A DNA stretch of 46,087 nt from Neolecta irregularis DAH-3 (lineage: Eukaryota). Both the position numbers and the translations under genes were made by a program. A model generated the notes under the pieces. It was given only the letters and a program-made list of their open reading frames with translations. It had not been told where the DNA came from and searched no databases. The stretch is taken from assembly GCA_001929475.1 (NCBI GenBank), contig LXFE01000124.1:1-46087 (forward strand). The letters are read 5' to 3'. Below, piece by piece: positions 23,887 through 35,921 of this stretch. Each line of letters begins with the position of its first letter. The first letter of the stretch is position 1.

Positions 23887-24691
23887 GTAGAAGAATAGAA
23901 GATAGAAGAGGGAGACGAGAGGTTTTTATAGGTTCATTCATGCATGAAGACGTATGCCGCTCAGATCCATTCTCGTCCTCGGAACGGGAGAAATAGGGAT
24001 ACGATCGCTCTGATTCGCGTTTTGAGAAATGGCTGAAATTTCTTCCTCTAAAATAAAAAGTTGGTACCAAATGACCTCCCATAAACATTGCCTACTTTTG
24101 CTGGGGCCGAATAGACATGAGCTTCCTTTATACACACATACGCATAGACGGTGAAGGAAACTCACATCTAACATGGTTGAAAGAACGAATGGGAATGTGA
24201 TTCTCGTTGTTGAAAAGTGTGATTTCCCGAGATGATCGACAGTCGGATCCGACAAGAAAGCCTCAAAAAAAGGCTGCATACTTCGGAGAAGTTGGAGAGC
24301 GCAGATCAAATTTTCAGCCTGGGTTGGTGACCGACGATCTTGGGTCCCTTTCTGAAGATGTCATCTCAATGACGAAGATAGTTCCAAACACTAAAATTGC
24401 AAGTATCGGGGAGAACCATTCTAGCTTGCTCCAGATTATTTACGAGAATTCTCTCGCCTAAGATCATAGTCAAACTGGAATTCTTTCACATGGGATAAGT
24501 TAAATCAACCATTTCCAAAGGGATGGTCTGAATTTTCAGAAGGTTTGCACTTTTCCGCACAGGACTGTTGCAGATACGGTAAAAAGAAATCATTTTACGG
24601 AATAGTGACACTTCAATTGAGACATGAGGTTCGGATGAGCGGAATTTTAATTTCATGCACATCGCGATCCCATCAATTAGACTCCAGATTC

Positions 24692-25132
24692 CAGTCTCCA
24701 CCCGCCCGCCGCCGTTGGCGACCCTCCGGCGGGCGGGCAAAAACGCCTCGTTTCTTTTAACAATTTATATGGGTGCAGTCCCGAATTCACTAAATAATCA
24801 AATTTGCTAATATAAAATGATTTCTATCTGGCCATTTCTTTCGTTGGTGTAAGTAAGTTGCTCACACCCACAAAGTTCACGACGAATCATGTGGATCAGA
24901 GTGTCACGTGATCTGTGACAAATCTTGCCAGCAGAACTTAGAGCAAAGGCAATCAAATCAATCCACAGTTATTCAACCAACCAACGGTTTCAAACGAAAC
25001 AACCACTATCGGGATCAGAATTTAAAGGCAATACTAAAGGTTTGCCAACACATGTGAGTGGTTCAGATCTTTTGGGGGGGAGGCAGCTTACATATCAGTC
25101 CAACAGCCCGTCGGCGGGCGGGCGGGATACTA
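24692..25132. mobile_element. Non-autonomous DNA-transposon-like (MITE) element, copy 1
   Basis: Imperfect terminal inverted repeats (CAGTCTCCACCCGCCCGCC.. / ..GGCGGGCGGGATACTA). The internal ~280 nt (24770-25050) is clearly homologous to 30013-30290. No TSD is evident. Confidence 0.6.
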
Positions 25133-25856
25133 CGTTGACAGATTCCTTGTCTGTCATATCCATTGCTTGCAAGTCTATATTGAGATAGGATTTCATCCCT
25201 TGAGGGATCTCTCGGGAGCCTACATAGTCATGTTGGAAAGCTTTCAAGACATGTTCCTGGCCAAGTTGAGCAAATATGCTTTCAAAGAGTTTTATGCCAC
25301 ACATTCATTCCCGCGTAACGCTAAAATGGTGAATATGTATTCCCTAAGAGAGCAAATCCACTGAATGTCCTAATGAGTCTCCGCCAGGTGGATTTCTGTC
25401 GAGAAAATCTATGATGTCATCGCCTCATGTCATGTGCGACTTTTTCTCATCACAGGATACCATATGAATATTCTCTTTTATCGAGTATTCTTTTATAGAG
25501 TATCAGGATACCTAATGTTCATTTACCAGGCGTTGGTTCTCTCTGCCTTGCCCTGTATTATCAAGCGAGGTATTGTAGTATATCAGTTTGTCAACATTTA
25601 ATTCTCTGTGGCGAGAATCATATTCTTGCTGCACCGGTTAATTATTGAGTCTGGGAGACAAAACAGAGTGATCCTCTCCCCGGTGAATATCCATTTGAAA
25701 GTCAACATGCCTGTTGCCTTTTGTAGGTCTATGACGATGAATATATTTACAGTCACCTATTGGCTGTCAGGGTCCTCGCAAGCATATGGAAACACTATTA
25801 AAGTCAGTCTTCTTGCACCATTTCTCTTGTTCAAGTGGCCTTGTCTTTTACTCAGT

Positions 25857-26443
25857 ATGCGCTTCCTTATCTTTCATGCAGTCGCTTTACTTGCCGGCAT
25901 TGCCGGCATTGCCTCTGCCGCAGTTGCGGTAGAAAATCGAGCTCTCAAGCCCCAGAAAAAGTGGACCGAAGAAGATTTTCCTGGGTGTGCAAGAGCGATA
26001 GATCAAGACAGCACATTAATGGCAACCAATTTTGACCTTACCCCAGGTCAAACGCCAATTCATTGGTTTATATTAAATCCACATCATGGCGATATTCTGT
26101 GCAAGAATACGAATGTAGTCATCAAAATCTGCATCTCGCCCACATATGATCTTAGCCCTGGCTATGTAAGTGCAGTTCGAGTGGAATACAAGGGACGTAT
26201 GACCCCTGTTCACATTAGTAAATACCTTACTTAGAAGATTTTCAAGGAGATATCTGGAGACCAGAATTGGCGGACATTAGCCTTAAAGAAATTTCTTACC
26301 ATGACGGTGGATTTACTATTGCATGGACAATTCCAATACATCTGCCCGTGATGACTGAATTGGGATTTCTTCTCTATCTGGAAAACCCATCAAATGATCG
26401 TTCTCTCATCAGGAGTGGAAATTTTCAGATTTATGATTGTTGA
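25857..26443 (+). CDS. Small secreted protein with Kre9/Knh1-like Ig-fold domain; no Ser/Thr tail or GPI signal
   Basis: Signal peptide MRFLIFHAVALLAGIAGIASA; intron 26197-26234; ILNPHHGDIL..GGFTIAWTIPIHLP..RSGNFQIYDC*; 4 Cys. Confidence 0.7.
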
Positions 26444-26758
26444 GTACTTCCCTGCTTCATAGATTGTAGAAAGCAATCTTCCAACTTTTTTGTAAATTTA
26501 AATGCTTAAAAAGAATTGTAAGAGGTCCGAGTGTAATAGGCTTGCAGTTTTTAGCCAGGAGATAGCCCAGGATTATCTTCCTCTGTGAAGTCGAGTTAGA
26601 AAAAAAGAGCGATTTTGTGCAATTGAGAAAATCTTCTATTGTGTAAGAAAAAGTATATCCTGGCGGTACCCTCAAATTTCTCATTCATATCACTCACGCT
26701 GTGTCACGTTTAATTCGAAAATCGAAGATCTTGTCTACTCAATTAACCCCTCACTAAA

Positions 26759-28394
26759 ATGATATCTCGCTTCTATCACTGCCTCAGGCAAGCCTCGAAC
26801 AAGTTTACAAGGCTGGCGTCAAGTAAGTCATTTGACTGATTTATGGCAAATGTCTAGCATTCGCCAAGTTCGATTACATAGATCCATTATCGATAACTTC
26901 ATTACTTACCCCAGAAGAACTCGCGATATCGTATATTTCGGCTTAATATATGTCTAAATCGCAGAGAGACTGCAAATCAATATGTGGAAGAATCACTTCG
27001 CCCTCGTGCTCGGCAAGATTATCGCAATGAATGTATTATTTTGGGATAATCTGGTCTTCTAATGATCAGCATTCAATTTGAGAATTCTCAAAGAGATGGG
27101 CGAACTAGGATTCCTTGGGTGTACTATTCCAGAATATGGAGGCATCAGCAGTGTTGGCTACGGCCTAATCACCAGAGAAATCGAACGGTGGGATTAATTT
27201 GAACTACTGGATTTATCAGAAGAATCGACAGTGGATATCGAAGTGCAATGAGTGTTCAATCATCGTTAGTCATGCATCCAATCTACGCCTTTGGGTCAGA
27301 TAAGCTCAAGAAGAAATACCTACCGGGACTTGGTAACCTTCCTCTTGATAGGACTGCGATTAATAGAAAAGCAAGAGCCGACCTCATAGGATGTTTCGGA
27401 CTCACTGAACGTATTGTAACCTTTCCAAAGAAACGTTGTAATAAGTTAGCAAATCATGGTTCCGATCCCGCATCGATGTCTACGACCGCGACAAAAACTG
27501 AAAACGGCTACATACTGAATGGATCAAAAACTTGGATCACAAATTCTCCTCTCGCTGATCTCTGTGTCATTTGGGCTAATTGTAAATGTGATTCCAAAAT
27601 CCGTGGGTTTATCGTTGAACGAGTATGTCCTTCTATTGACCATGGTTTCTGATCATAGGATGCGAAAGGTCTTTCCACACCGATAATTAAGCATAAAACT
27701 GGACTACGGGCAAGTATCACGGGACAAATCCTTTTGGATAATGTCTTTGTCCCATCTTTGAACATCTTGTCTGTAGAAGGGCTAAAAGGCCCATTTAGCT
27801 GTCTCAACAATGCACGTTACGGAATTTCCTGGGGTGCTCATTATTTTCATTGTTCGATGTTAATGGAAGGTGTCCTTGGTGCGCTGGAAGAATGTCTCGA
27901 AATCACTAGACGATATTCTCTAGAACGAGTCCAGTTCGGGAAATCACTGGCCTCATTTCAGCTGGTACAAAAGAAACTCGCAGATGTGGTTTCAGATATT
28001 GCATACGGTCAGCTGGCTTGTCTTCACGTATTGTTACTATATATGTATCGCTGAAACCATGACGTAGGTCGGACGGCTTAAAGATTCCCCCGGATCACTT
28101 GCTACAGAAATGATAAGTCTTATAAAACGAAAAAATTGTGATGCAGCTCTAAAAGGTTCACGAAAATGCATGGAAGTATTTGGTGGAAATGCTGTCAGTG
28201 ATGAATATGTATACTTGTTGCTATCAAGAATTTATAATTAACAGCCAGGACATAGGTCGCATTGCAGCGAATTTATTTGTCGTGCAGACTTATGAAGGAC
28301 AAAGCGACATCCATGGGTTGATTCTGGGAAGAGGAATTACCGGTATCCAGGTATGTCTTCTGTAAACGCAGACTGAATACAGGCCTTCTCATAG
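26759..28394 (+). CDS. GCDH: Mitochondrial glutaryl-CoA dehydrogenase (acyl-CoA dehydrogenase family), 11 short introns
   Basis: [70 protein letters not shown] and [23 protein letters not shown]. Confidence 0.94.
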
Positions 28395-28639
28395 ATATCT
28401 TATTCTCAGCAGTGTTTTTAATAATAAAAATTTCTGAATGACCATTCTTTGCTCAATAATCGCGTCTTTTTTCGAAACATCTGCATCGAAGCTCGAGAGT
28501 TACAAGTAGCTTTTCCCATGAGTTTTGAGAATGCAGCCATAGTCAAGAATGTCAATATCAACGTCATTGAACTTCATCGGATATGCGTACTCATAACACT
28601 ACGAGTTGTCCATCTGCCCCACTTTTGCTCGCTACGACC

Positions 28640-29582
28640 ATGTCTGATTCCCAGCTTAGCTTTGAGGATATATACACTGATGAGGTGAGAAACTTATTCT
28701 AAATGATGAACATTTTAGGAAGACAACGTCATTTTCAATCAACAAGACGTCGTCGTTGTTCCAATACAATCCATTGATTCCTATTCTCGACAAAACAGCA
28801 TATTTACTGACCTTGATTGCACGCAGCTGTTTGCAGAGATGAATACTCTTCTCGCGGAGAACGAAACTATGAGGATCAAATGTCGAGATCTCGAACAGGC
28901 CTTTAATGTTGAAAAGGGATATACTCATATTCTTCGTGAATCAAACAGGGTCTTTCACATGAGTTTTCAGGATGCCAAACTTTCCGAAAATAACTGCCAA
29001 TTCGAGCTTTCCGAAATGAAAGCAAAACTTAATCTTGCAATTACCGAACGTGAAGAGCTTGTCGCTGAGATGGGCAGCTTTGGAAATTTCTCCGGTGCGC
29101 TGAAGGATATGATATTTGAAGTCACTACTTTGAATCGAGAGCTCTCCGATCAGGTTGAAGGCTTGCAGTTTCAACTTGTTGCCCGCGGGCAATTGATGGA
29201 AGTAATGGACCTAAATCATATGAAAACAACGAAAGAATTGGAAATTTCAAACAAGAAGCTAAAAGAAATGGAAAATGTCCCTTACATGAAAGAATCGGAT
29301 GTTAAATCATTGGTCGGAATTCTTGAAGATCATATTCGAGAGATCGTCAGTTTGGTTCCGGAGACTCCAACTTGTAGTGCGCACCGTTTGAATCCACAAC
29401 TTGGTCAACCAGATGATCAACCTTCGGTACAGAATGGACTACAGGACTTGTCGAGAAAATTAGTTTGTTCTCTCTGGACATTGGCCTGTAGTTTTGCGGG
29501 TGAGAAGAGAGAATGGTTACGGCGTGAATTGGAAGGCCTCGAGATGGGGATCGAAGCGGCCTGGGGGAACATGGATGAGTAG
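28640..29582 (+). CDS. Uncharacterised coiled-coil protein
   Basis: ATG 28640 and intron 28685-28718 join to the 247-aa ORF, which has E/K/L-rich heptad-like segments. Confidence 0.6.
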
Positions 29583-29834
29583 ATTTCAATATTGGTAACT
29601 GTAAGATGCAAGTACGCGGAATTTCGTTGTTCATTCAATTTATTTTATATACTCACAATGAATCCTTAACTTGGCATGGTTTTCAGTGGATAGAATGACA
29701 TGGCCACCATCTCGCTCACTGTTTTGGGGCAAGATCCTTTCCAAGATTTCTGTAGTGGGCTCACTCATCCTCAACTGCATCATCTAAGGGACTGTTATAT
29801 CATTCAATCAGTATATCATCGAGTCGTTACTCCT

Positions 29835-30678
29835 CTTGTAAGCAGACTTGCTAACAAGTAAGCAAGTCCAAGTCTGGATGCATATTTCAGCCCTTTGGAT
29901 TTACTTGGTATTTTACTGCATACTTGGATTTGCTTGGATAGACTTGCTTGATAGATTTCGTTTTCGGCAGGCAGGTGGACAGGTGAGCGGCTTGTATTTT
30001 TTGACAATCAGGATAGGTGCAATACAATATTCACTAAATAACCAAAATTACTAACATAAAATGATTTCTATCTGGCTATTTCTTTCATTGGTGAAGTATG
30101 CTGCACATACAAGTTCATGTCGTATCATCCTGATCATTGTGTCACGTGATCCGTGATCCGTGACAAATCTTGCAGTGTAACTTTGAGCAAATGGCAATCA
30201 ATTCAGAGTTGAACAACCAACCAACGTATTCAAACGTAACAAACATTATCAGGATCAGAATTTAAAGACAACACTAATGCTCTGCCAACAAATTCAATAC
30301 AAGAATAAAGGGGGACCTTTAAGAATCATCACATGGAGGAAACTACCAAACCGCCATACAACCTAACAGCCTGCCAGATGATTCTCCCGGTGGGTGGTTG
30401 GATCTCTTGGTGAAGGCGGGAGGCATATAAATCCGGTCTGAGAGGCCCCACCTGCCAGAGAGGCTCCGGCGGGCGGACAGTTCAGATCTTTTCGGCAGGC
30501 AGCCGGCATATTAATCCTCCCCCAGTGTTGCGGATGGACCATGGACTTAATCCAGTCCATTAAAAGTCCACGGATAAAGTCCATGGACTGGACTGTGGAA
30601 AAAGCCTGGCCAACCCTAAGCAAGTAAGCAAGCAAATTTGACTTGAAAGGTTTACTTATTAGCAAGTCTGCTTGTAAG
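29835..30678. mobile_element. Nested MITE-like cluster bounded by a 29-bp inverted repeat
   Basis: 29835-29863 and the reverse complement of 30650-30678 match at 25 of 29 positions. The interval contains copy 2 of the 24770-25050 repeat, ACTTG/CAAGT sub-repeats, and a ~96-nt unit CAGTGTTG..CAACCCTA (30523-30618) full of TGGAC/GTCCA motifs. Confidence 0.65.
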
Positions 30679-30930
30679 TACCCGATTGGAACTTTCAACC
30701 AGATTAGAAAGTCAGGTTTGAGCTCAGGCTCAAAATTTACGCTCTCGTTGCTAATAAATATCAGTGACAACTATTTGAGTCGTAAGGAGGACTATGGACA
30801 ATAGGACACTTATGAATAAAGGGTATAGACAAAAAGCCAGAACCAACTATACACTCCTGAATAATACCTTCAGAATAGCTTCATAATTTACTAAGTCACA
30901 TTCATGCTTGAAGAACTCCAGAGATCCAGC

Positions 30931-31716
30931 TCAAGATTCCTGCAATAATGTTGCTGTTATGACACAAGGAATACCCAGCGTCACAACGAGTACACCGGTA
31001 GCCATGCCTACCACTACAGTCGTGATCCATAAACCGGCTGTCTTGAGAAGGATGCGAGACATATGTAAACGCTGCGTCCAGGTCATCCTTTTTACATGTG
31101 CTATGCCAGTTTTGACGATCTGCACTACGTTTCCAATTTTCTGCAGCACACGGGTTTGGTAATACTTATCCGTTAATCTATCCCAGTCTTTGGAAGAAAT
31201 GAGCATATGATGAAGACAGACGTCGATGAACCGAAGGATTTCTATGTCACCTGTAGTAGTCTTTTCAACGGGAGTTTCAAGTGCAATATCGATTCGGTTC
31301 TCTATTTCTGCGCAGAGTTCGCGATGGAGAACATAAGCTTCATAAAGAAACCCATGGACACTGAGCTCCCGTAAAATAAAGATAACTTGTTGAGCAGCAA
31401 TGACTGGTTGAACATGACATATATTCCATACGCTGCGTTTGAGAACCTCGCTAGCAGGCCGAAGATGGGTGGATATATTTGCGTTTCCATGACGTAGGTA
31501 ATCGATAGTCATCAGACGAGTCGTGCGAGATGCCTGGGAGAAAAGGCGAACGTCCAGCGTCTCAAGCTTTGAAAGGACAAGAAATTGTAATTCGGGAGGA
31601 AATTTCTCGATTGTGATGTGGCCATTATTACAATCGGCCAAAGTATTCTCGGTACAGCGATGAGGAGATGATCTCAGATTTGACTGCGATTCAATATCAG
31701 GAATCGAAGTATTCAT
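30931..31716 (-). CDS. Intronless F-box-like protein (family member A) with C-terminal hydrophobic segment
   Basis: 261-aa ORF with F-box pattern IEKFPPELQFLVLSKLETLDVRLFSQASR; C-terminus GLWITTVVVGMATGVLVVTLGIPCVITA. Confidence 0.7.
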   Translation of the reverse strand: MNTSIPDIESQSNLRSSPHRCTENTLADCNNGHITIEKFPPELQFLVLSKLETLDVRLFSQASRTTRLMTIDYLRHGNANISTHLRPASEVLKRSVWNICHVQPVIAAQQVIFILRELSVHGFLYEAYVLHRELCAEIENRIDIALETPVEKTTTGDIEILRFIDVCLHHMLISSKDWDRLTDKYYQTRVLQKIGNVVQIVKTGIAHVKRMTWTQRLHMSRILLKTAGLWITTVVVGMATGVLVVTLGIPCVITATLLQES

Positions 31717-32569
31717 TGGTCGAACTGGTTGTAAGTCAGGTCTCTAATTGCAGCCCAGCACAACTGGTAACAAAATCGATTCGATAATAAGGGTATTGTT
31801 TGCGGAGAAACATCGGCATCAGGAGGTTATTATACCTATGGATATGCTACGTTGTCTATATCGTCATCGTTTATATCAACGTAACAACGACAACTCTTCA
31901 GGAAGGCAAGTTCTCATAGATCGAGATAGCGCTGAGAATAGCCATTCTTTAGGAGGTATGAAACCTATACGTTTTATTATCAGTTCAAATGGTACGAGCA
32001 AGCTGCAGGAACACGAAGTCAATCTTGGAACAAACACGGACAAATTGTCGCTGGATCAAAGAATCCCTGGCTCAGTGGAGACGCCACCAAAATAAATCAT
32101 CAATTTCGAAATTGATACAGTGATTTCCTAGAATCGTGGTTCAGTCGAACGACTTCCACGTTCTAGAGTAGAGGACGATAATTCCTTGGTTATAAATTGA
32201 CTTTGGAGGAAGAGTCCTGTTTTTCGATTGTGCTCATATTCGAATCTCAAACGAACATGGGTACGTGGAGACAGGCGGATAGATCCCGTGTCATGGACAA
32301 TTTGGTGTCAATCTCTACTCCTAAATCGGATCTATATTTAGCGATTACTATGACATCAGAGCAAAAATGTTCCATAATGCTATTGGCTAACAGTTGCAGG
32401 AAAGCTATGATAAAATCGCTTTGAAAAGAAAAGGGCCAAGAGCCCATATATATCTATGCAAATATTATGAAAGACAAGATGTAAGTAAAAATATACAATG
32501 TTTAAACAATCAAGACTGTATCCAAAACACCCATTAAACTCCAACATATTTCTATAGGAAGCACAACCT

Positions 32570-33950
32570 TCAAGTAGAGTGAACGGAAATCGTATCCTGT
32601 ATTCGGCTACTTCTGCTCTCCACATCACTTTGATCGTTGGGATGTATACTCTTGTTGCTTTTGCGCTCTTGCCCCTTCGCCTCCCTCGCAACCCACCATC
32701 TTCCCAAACCAGTCAGGATTTGTCCAATGACAAGTTGTTCACCCTGATAGAGAACTAAAGGTATCGTAAGTTTACCACGAATAATCTGACTGAATCCCTG
32801 GTATTGGGAATGGATTAGAGGAATTCCGACTGCAGGAGTTTTTCCGGCGCCGCAATAGGCTATTGCGATGGCCTGTTTCTTCGAGAAGCCGGCTGCTAGA
32901 GCTAAGTACACGCAGAGGATGGTAAAGACTAGATAAAGGGCGATATTAGTAAGAAGCATAAACAAGATGCTGTTGGAGGAAAGGGACTGAAAGGCTCCTG
33001 AGGAGAAGGCGTTGGAGAATGTGGCCCTTTACTGATCAGTTTGAAAGATAAAAGTCAGTACCAGATTAGAAGGAGAAGCATGAATGAGCCGACTTTGTTT
33101 AGGTAAAGTTTCTGAAATACGGTGTCGACTTTTTTCGGATTTATTGTTCTGAGGAATTGGCCAACGATCTGTTTGTCGTTATAAGGAAAAGCAAGGATAG
33201 CTACCAGGGCACCAATAACGCAAGTTCCCAATTGTTGCAGGACCCTGGCGTAGATTTTCCCTATACTACCTTTTGGTTTTCCGGCCTCAAATCCTGTGCT
33301 TTCGCGAAGATACAACTGCAATAGAGCCGGGGTGATGAATGTTCCCAAGACGTTTCCCAGACAGGCTTCGATAAGTGCGGCAGCATCATCTCCACCCGCT
33401 TTTTTGGTCATAATTACATTCGAAGCGATGGCAGTTGCAGTGCAACCGAGAATAATGAATCCTGTCAAGATATAGAAATCGATTTTGGAGGTATAAAGGA
33501 CCAAGTAAGCGATCGACAAATTCACAACGGAGAAGAGGACAAAGGAGGTTAGTTGAGTAACGAGATGAAGCTTGTAGTTTAAGGCATTCTGGAGGAGGGC
33601 TTGAGAAGAACTTGAGGCGCCTGGTGGTGTTAGCCATGACTCCCAGTATATTGTAGAATAAAATAGAAAAATAAACAATTGGGCATCGAGAAGTGCTTGT
33701 TCGGTTTGATACTTTATCCCCAGCGCTCTCTGCCGGCAGAGGGTTATGGAAAAACAGACACACCCGAAAGCAGAAAGATCATCGCGACAGCTCCATATTC
33801 GATGGTATACTCACTACGTACGCTTCCTCCTGTTTTCCCGACGTCTGGGAATGCATACGCAAGGCCTATCAATACACCCAGAGTAACTAAAAACCACTGG
33901 TCGAGCAGAAAGAGCAACCCAGATTTTGCATAGTCTGTCCATCGCGGCAT
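32570..33950 (-). CDS. RCH1: SLC10A7/SBF-like solute carrier, Rch1 (regulator of calcium homeostasis) type
   Basis: LDQWFLVTLGVLIGLAYAFPDVGKTGGSVRSEYTIEYGAVAMIFLLSG, ATAIASNVIMTKKAGGD..A.IE..LGNVLGTFITPAL, YCGAGKTPAVGIPL and IPLVLYQGEQL; long intron 33763-33621. Confidence 0.88.
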
Positions 33951-34003
33951 GGAGGATCAGCCGTGTGCAGAGTAGGCCGTAGTGGTGGTGGGGTGCATGA
34001 GCA

Positions 34004-34151
34004 TTACGTCACGTGGATCCAGATGCCCAAGTGACGTCACTGCAAAAAAGGGCCGCCCAAAGAAAAGTAGACAGCCACACTGGGATCGGGAACTGGGCAA
34101 CATGGGATCCGCGAGCAGTGCGGGCCTGCACAGCCACCGCCGCACAGCCAC
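34004..34151. promoter_or_regulatory. Divergent RCH1/F-box promoter with CRE-like, E-box and Crz1/CDRE-like sites
   Basis: TTACGTCA 34004, CACGTG 34010, GTGACGTCAC 34031, and ACAGCCAC at 34071, 34130 and 34144 (GTGGCTGT on the minus strand). Confidence 0.55.
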
Positions 34152-34288
34152 TGCAAGCGGGTGGCGGCAATACTCTGTACATTCTCTCCTCCAGAACCAT
34201 TGGCAAAGGTCATGGACCAGGGTTTCTGTAGTTCTCGCCAATCGGAGGTCTTTGCATCTCAGCCTATCTACCAGCTCTCCCTTGTCCA

Positions 34289-34966
34289 ATGTTGTGGGAT
34301 CCGCTACTCGGAGAGATCAAGGAACTTGTCCTTCATAATCTTGAACTACGTACCATTCGCAGCCTGACGGCGACATCAGTTGGCAACGCGGGATTCTGCT
34401 CGCAGTATATGAAACACCATAAAGTCGCGAATGTCTACATCGTAAAACGGTTTCAATATCTCGTCAAACACAATTATCTTGAGGGAAGCATCCGCATTCT
34501 GCCGCGTGTTTCAAAGGCGATGAACACTGCTGTCAGACTTCGTTTCTACGAGGAATGGAACAACCTCCATGGAAGTTTACACAGCCTTCTTACAAAGGCA
34601 TTTGAGGACTACGTCGAAATCGAGAGTCCGCCGCAAATCGAGACGTCTACCTGCATGTATATTTACAAAGCTGTCCTATCAGCGGGATTCGAAAGCATTA
34701 AAATGGTCTTCGGTTGGTATCCAAGGCACTATCTAATCGACAACGCAACATGTGTTTACCATCTTCTACAGTTTACACCCATGATGAGAGTATTCGTGGA
34801 TCAGGTGTTAGATATCAAAACATTCGCGAGATGGTATAGCTCATTTGAGTGTTCAGCGGAATTGCTGTACTTTGATTATACAAGACTAAGACAATTAGGC
34901 GTAAGTCAGCAAGTTCTTCTGGATATCTGGGATGACGTCGATGATCTGAGAGCTGCATGTATTTAG
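34289..34966 (+). CDS. Intronless F-box-like protein (family member B)
   Basis: 225-aa ORF starting MLWDPLLGEIKELVLHNLELRTIRSLTATS (degenerate F-box); downstream similarity to members A and C. Confidence 0.6.
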   Translation: MLWDPLLGEIKELVLHNLELRTIRSLTATSVGNAGFCSQYMKHHKVANVYIVKRFQYLVKHNYLEGSIRILPRVSKAMNTAVRLRFYEEWNNLHGSLHSLLTKAFEDYVEIESPPQIETSTCMYIYKAVLSAGFESIKMVFGWYPRHYLIDNATCVYHLLQFTPMMRVFVDQVLDIKTFARWYSSFECSAELLYFDYTRLRQLGVSQQVLLDIWDDVDDLRAACI

Positions 34967-35239
34967 TCGTATTGAACAATTCGAGGTGTTTCTTGGTTCC
35001 GAGATATGCGAAGCAATGGATGAGACTAGATATCCAGAAACTTTATCGCCAGCGAGTGGAAAATCGATTTCTATATTCAACTACAAGAGTCTCATTTTTC
35101 AGGTCTTCTTTTGTTTGTCAAAAATCGATTCGTTCTCACTAGCAGCTTACCGGCTGTCCGTTTGCGGGATGATTTGCACCTTCTCTGCAAGCCGCTGAGT
35201 AAACCACACAATCTGAAGAAAATCAGCCGATTTACCAAG

Positions 35240-35650
35240 AAAATAGACGATACAACTCTATCAACAGCAACAGAGAGACTCAGATGACGCCCGTGTAACA
35301 TGATTACGCATAGAATCAATTACTCAAGGTATACAATTGCCCAGATAAGGAGGTGATCCAAACAGTCTAATATGGAGCAATCACAAGAAGTGACATGAAC
35401 CCCATAAGCGCTGACGGTTTTAAACATAATGTCGAATACAGAGAAATTGACAGGATCTCTCTCAAATTGTCCTTCTTCAACAATCATGGTCAGCCAAATC
35501 GCACCGACAAGAAAATAGAGGTCATGGGCCAACAAAGTGTGCAACTGAACACCGAAAAACTTGTGTGTGGTTTCGAAATCTTCGACCTCGTCGTGCAACG
35601 GCTTTGAAGAGTAGATTCCGAGACTTTGTTCTTTATAGAGATTGGATGAT
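35240..35650 (-). pseudogene. C-terminal fragment of a Trk-type K+ transporter
   Basis: NLYKEQSLGIY..LLAHDLYFL..IVEEG..FSVFDIMFKTVSAYG, then after a stop/frameshift ILCVIMLHGRHLSLSVAVDRVV (cf. Trk NVYEEQSLGIY, FEIVSAYG, RGRHRGLP..LDRAI). No upstream part is present. Confidence 0.75.
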
Positions 35651-35921
35651 AGCATGGAGAGGGTTGGGTAGATAACTATGTGATTTCCATGGATTAATAA
35701 TAGTGAAATGCAATATGTTATTAAATGTATATTCCAGATGCAAAGCTTGTAAAAAAAAATATAATAATTCAAAACATTGCGGTGTACACAATTATGCTCA
35801 TAAATTTCTACTTCCACAAACCACTTCTATTCATTATAAACCAATACCACATTACGGCTCTCATAAACTCCTTCTTCATTCTAGTTCATACATGTCCTGT
35901 CCCTTTCCCTCCTCGTGTAGG

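Noticed and set aside
24230-24345. TNPG..LICALQLLRSMQPF resembling a ubiquitin-specific protease Cys box
   Set aside because: Too short, needs a frameshift, and no other USP motifs were found.
31748-32424. Short ORFs between F-box A and RCH1
   Set aside because: Non-ATG starts, no motifs and no convincing splice structure.
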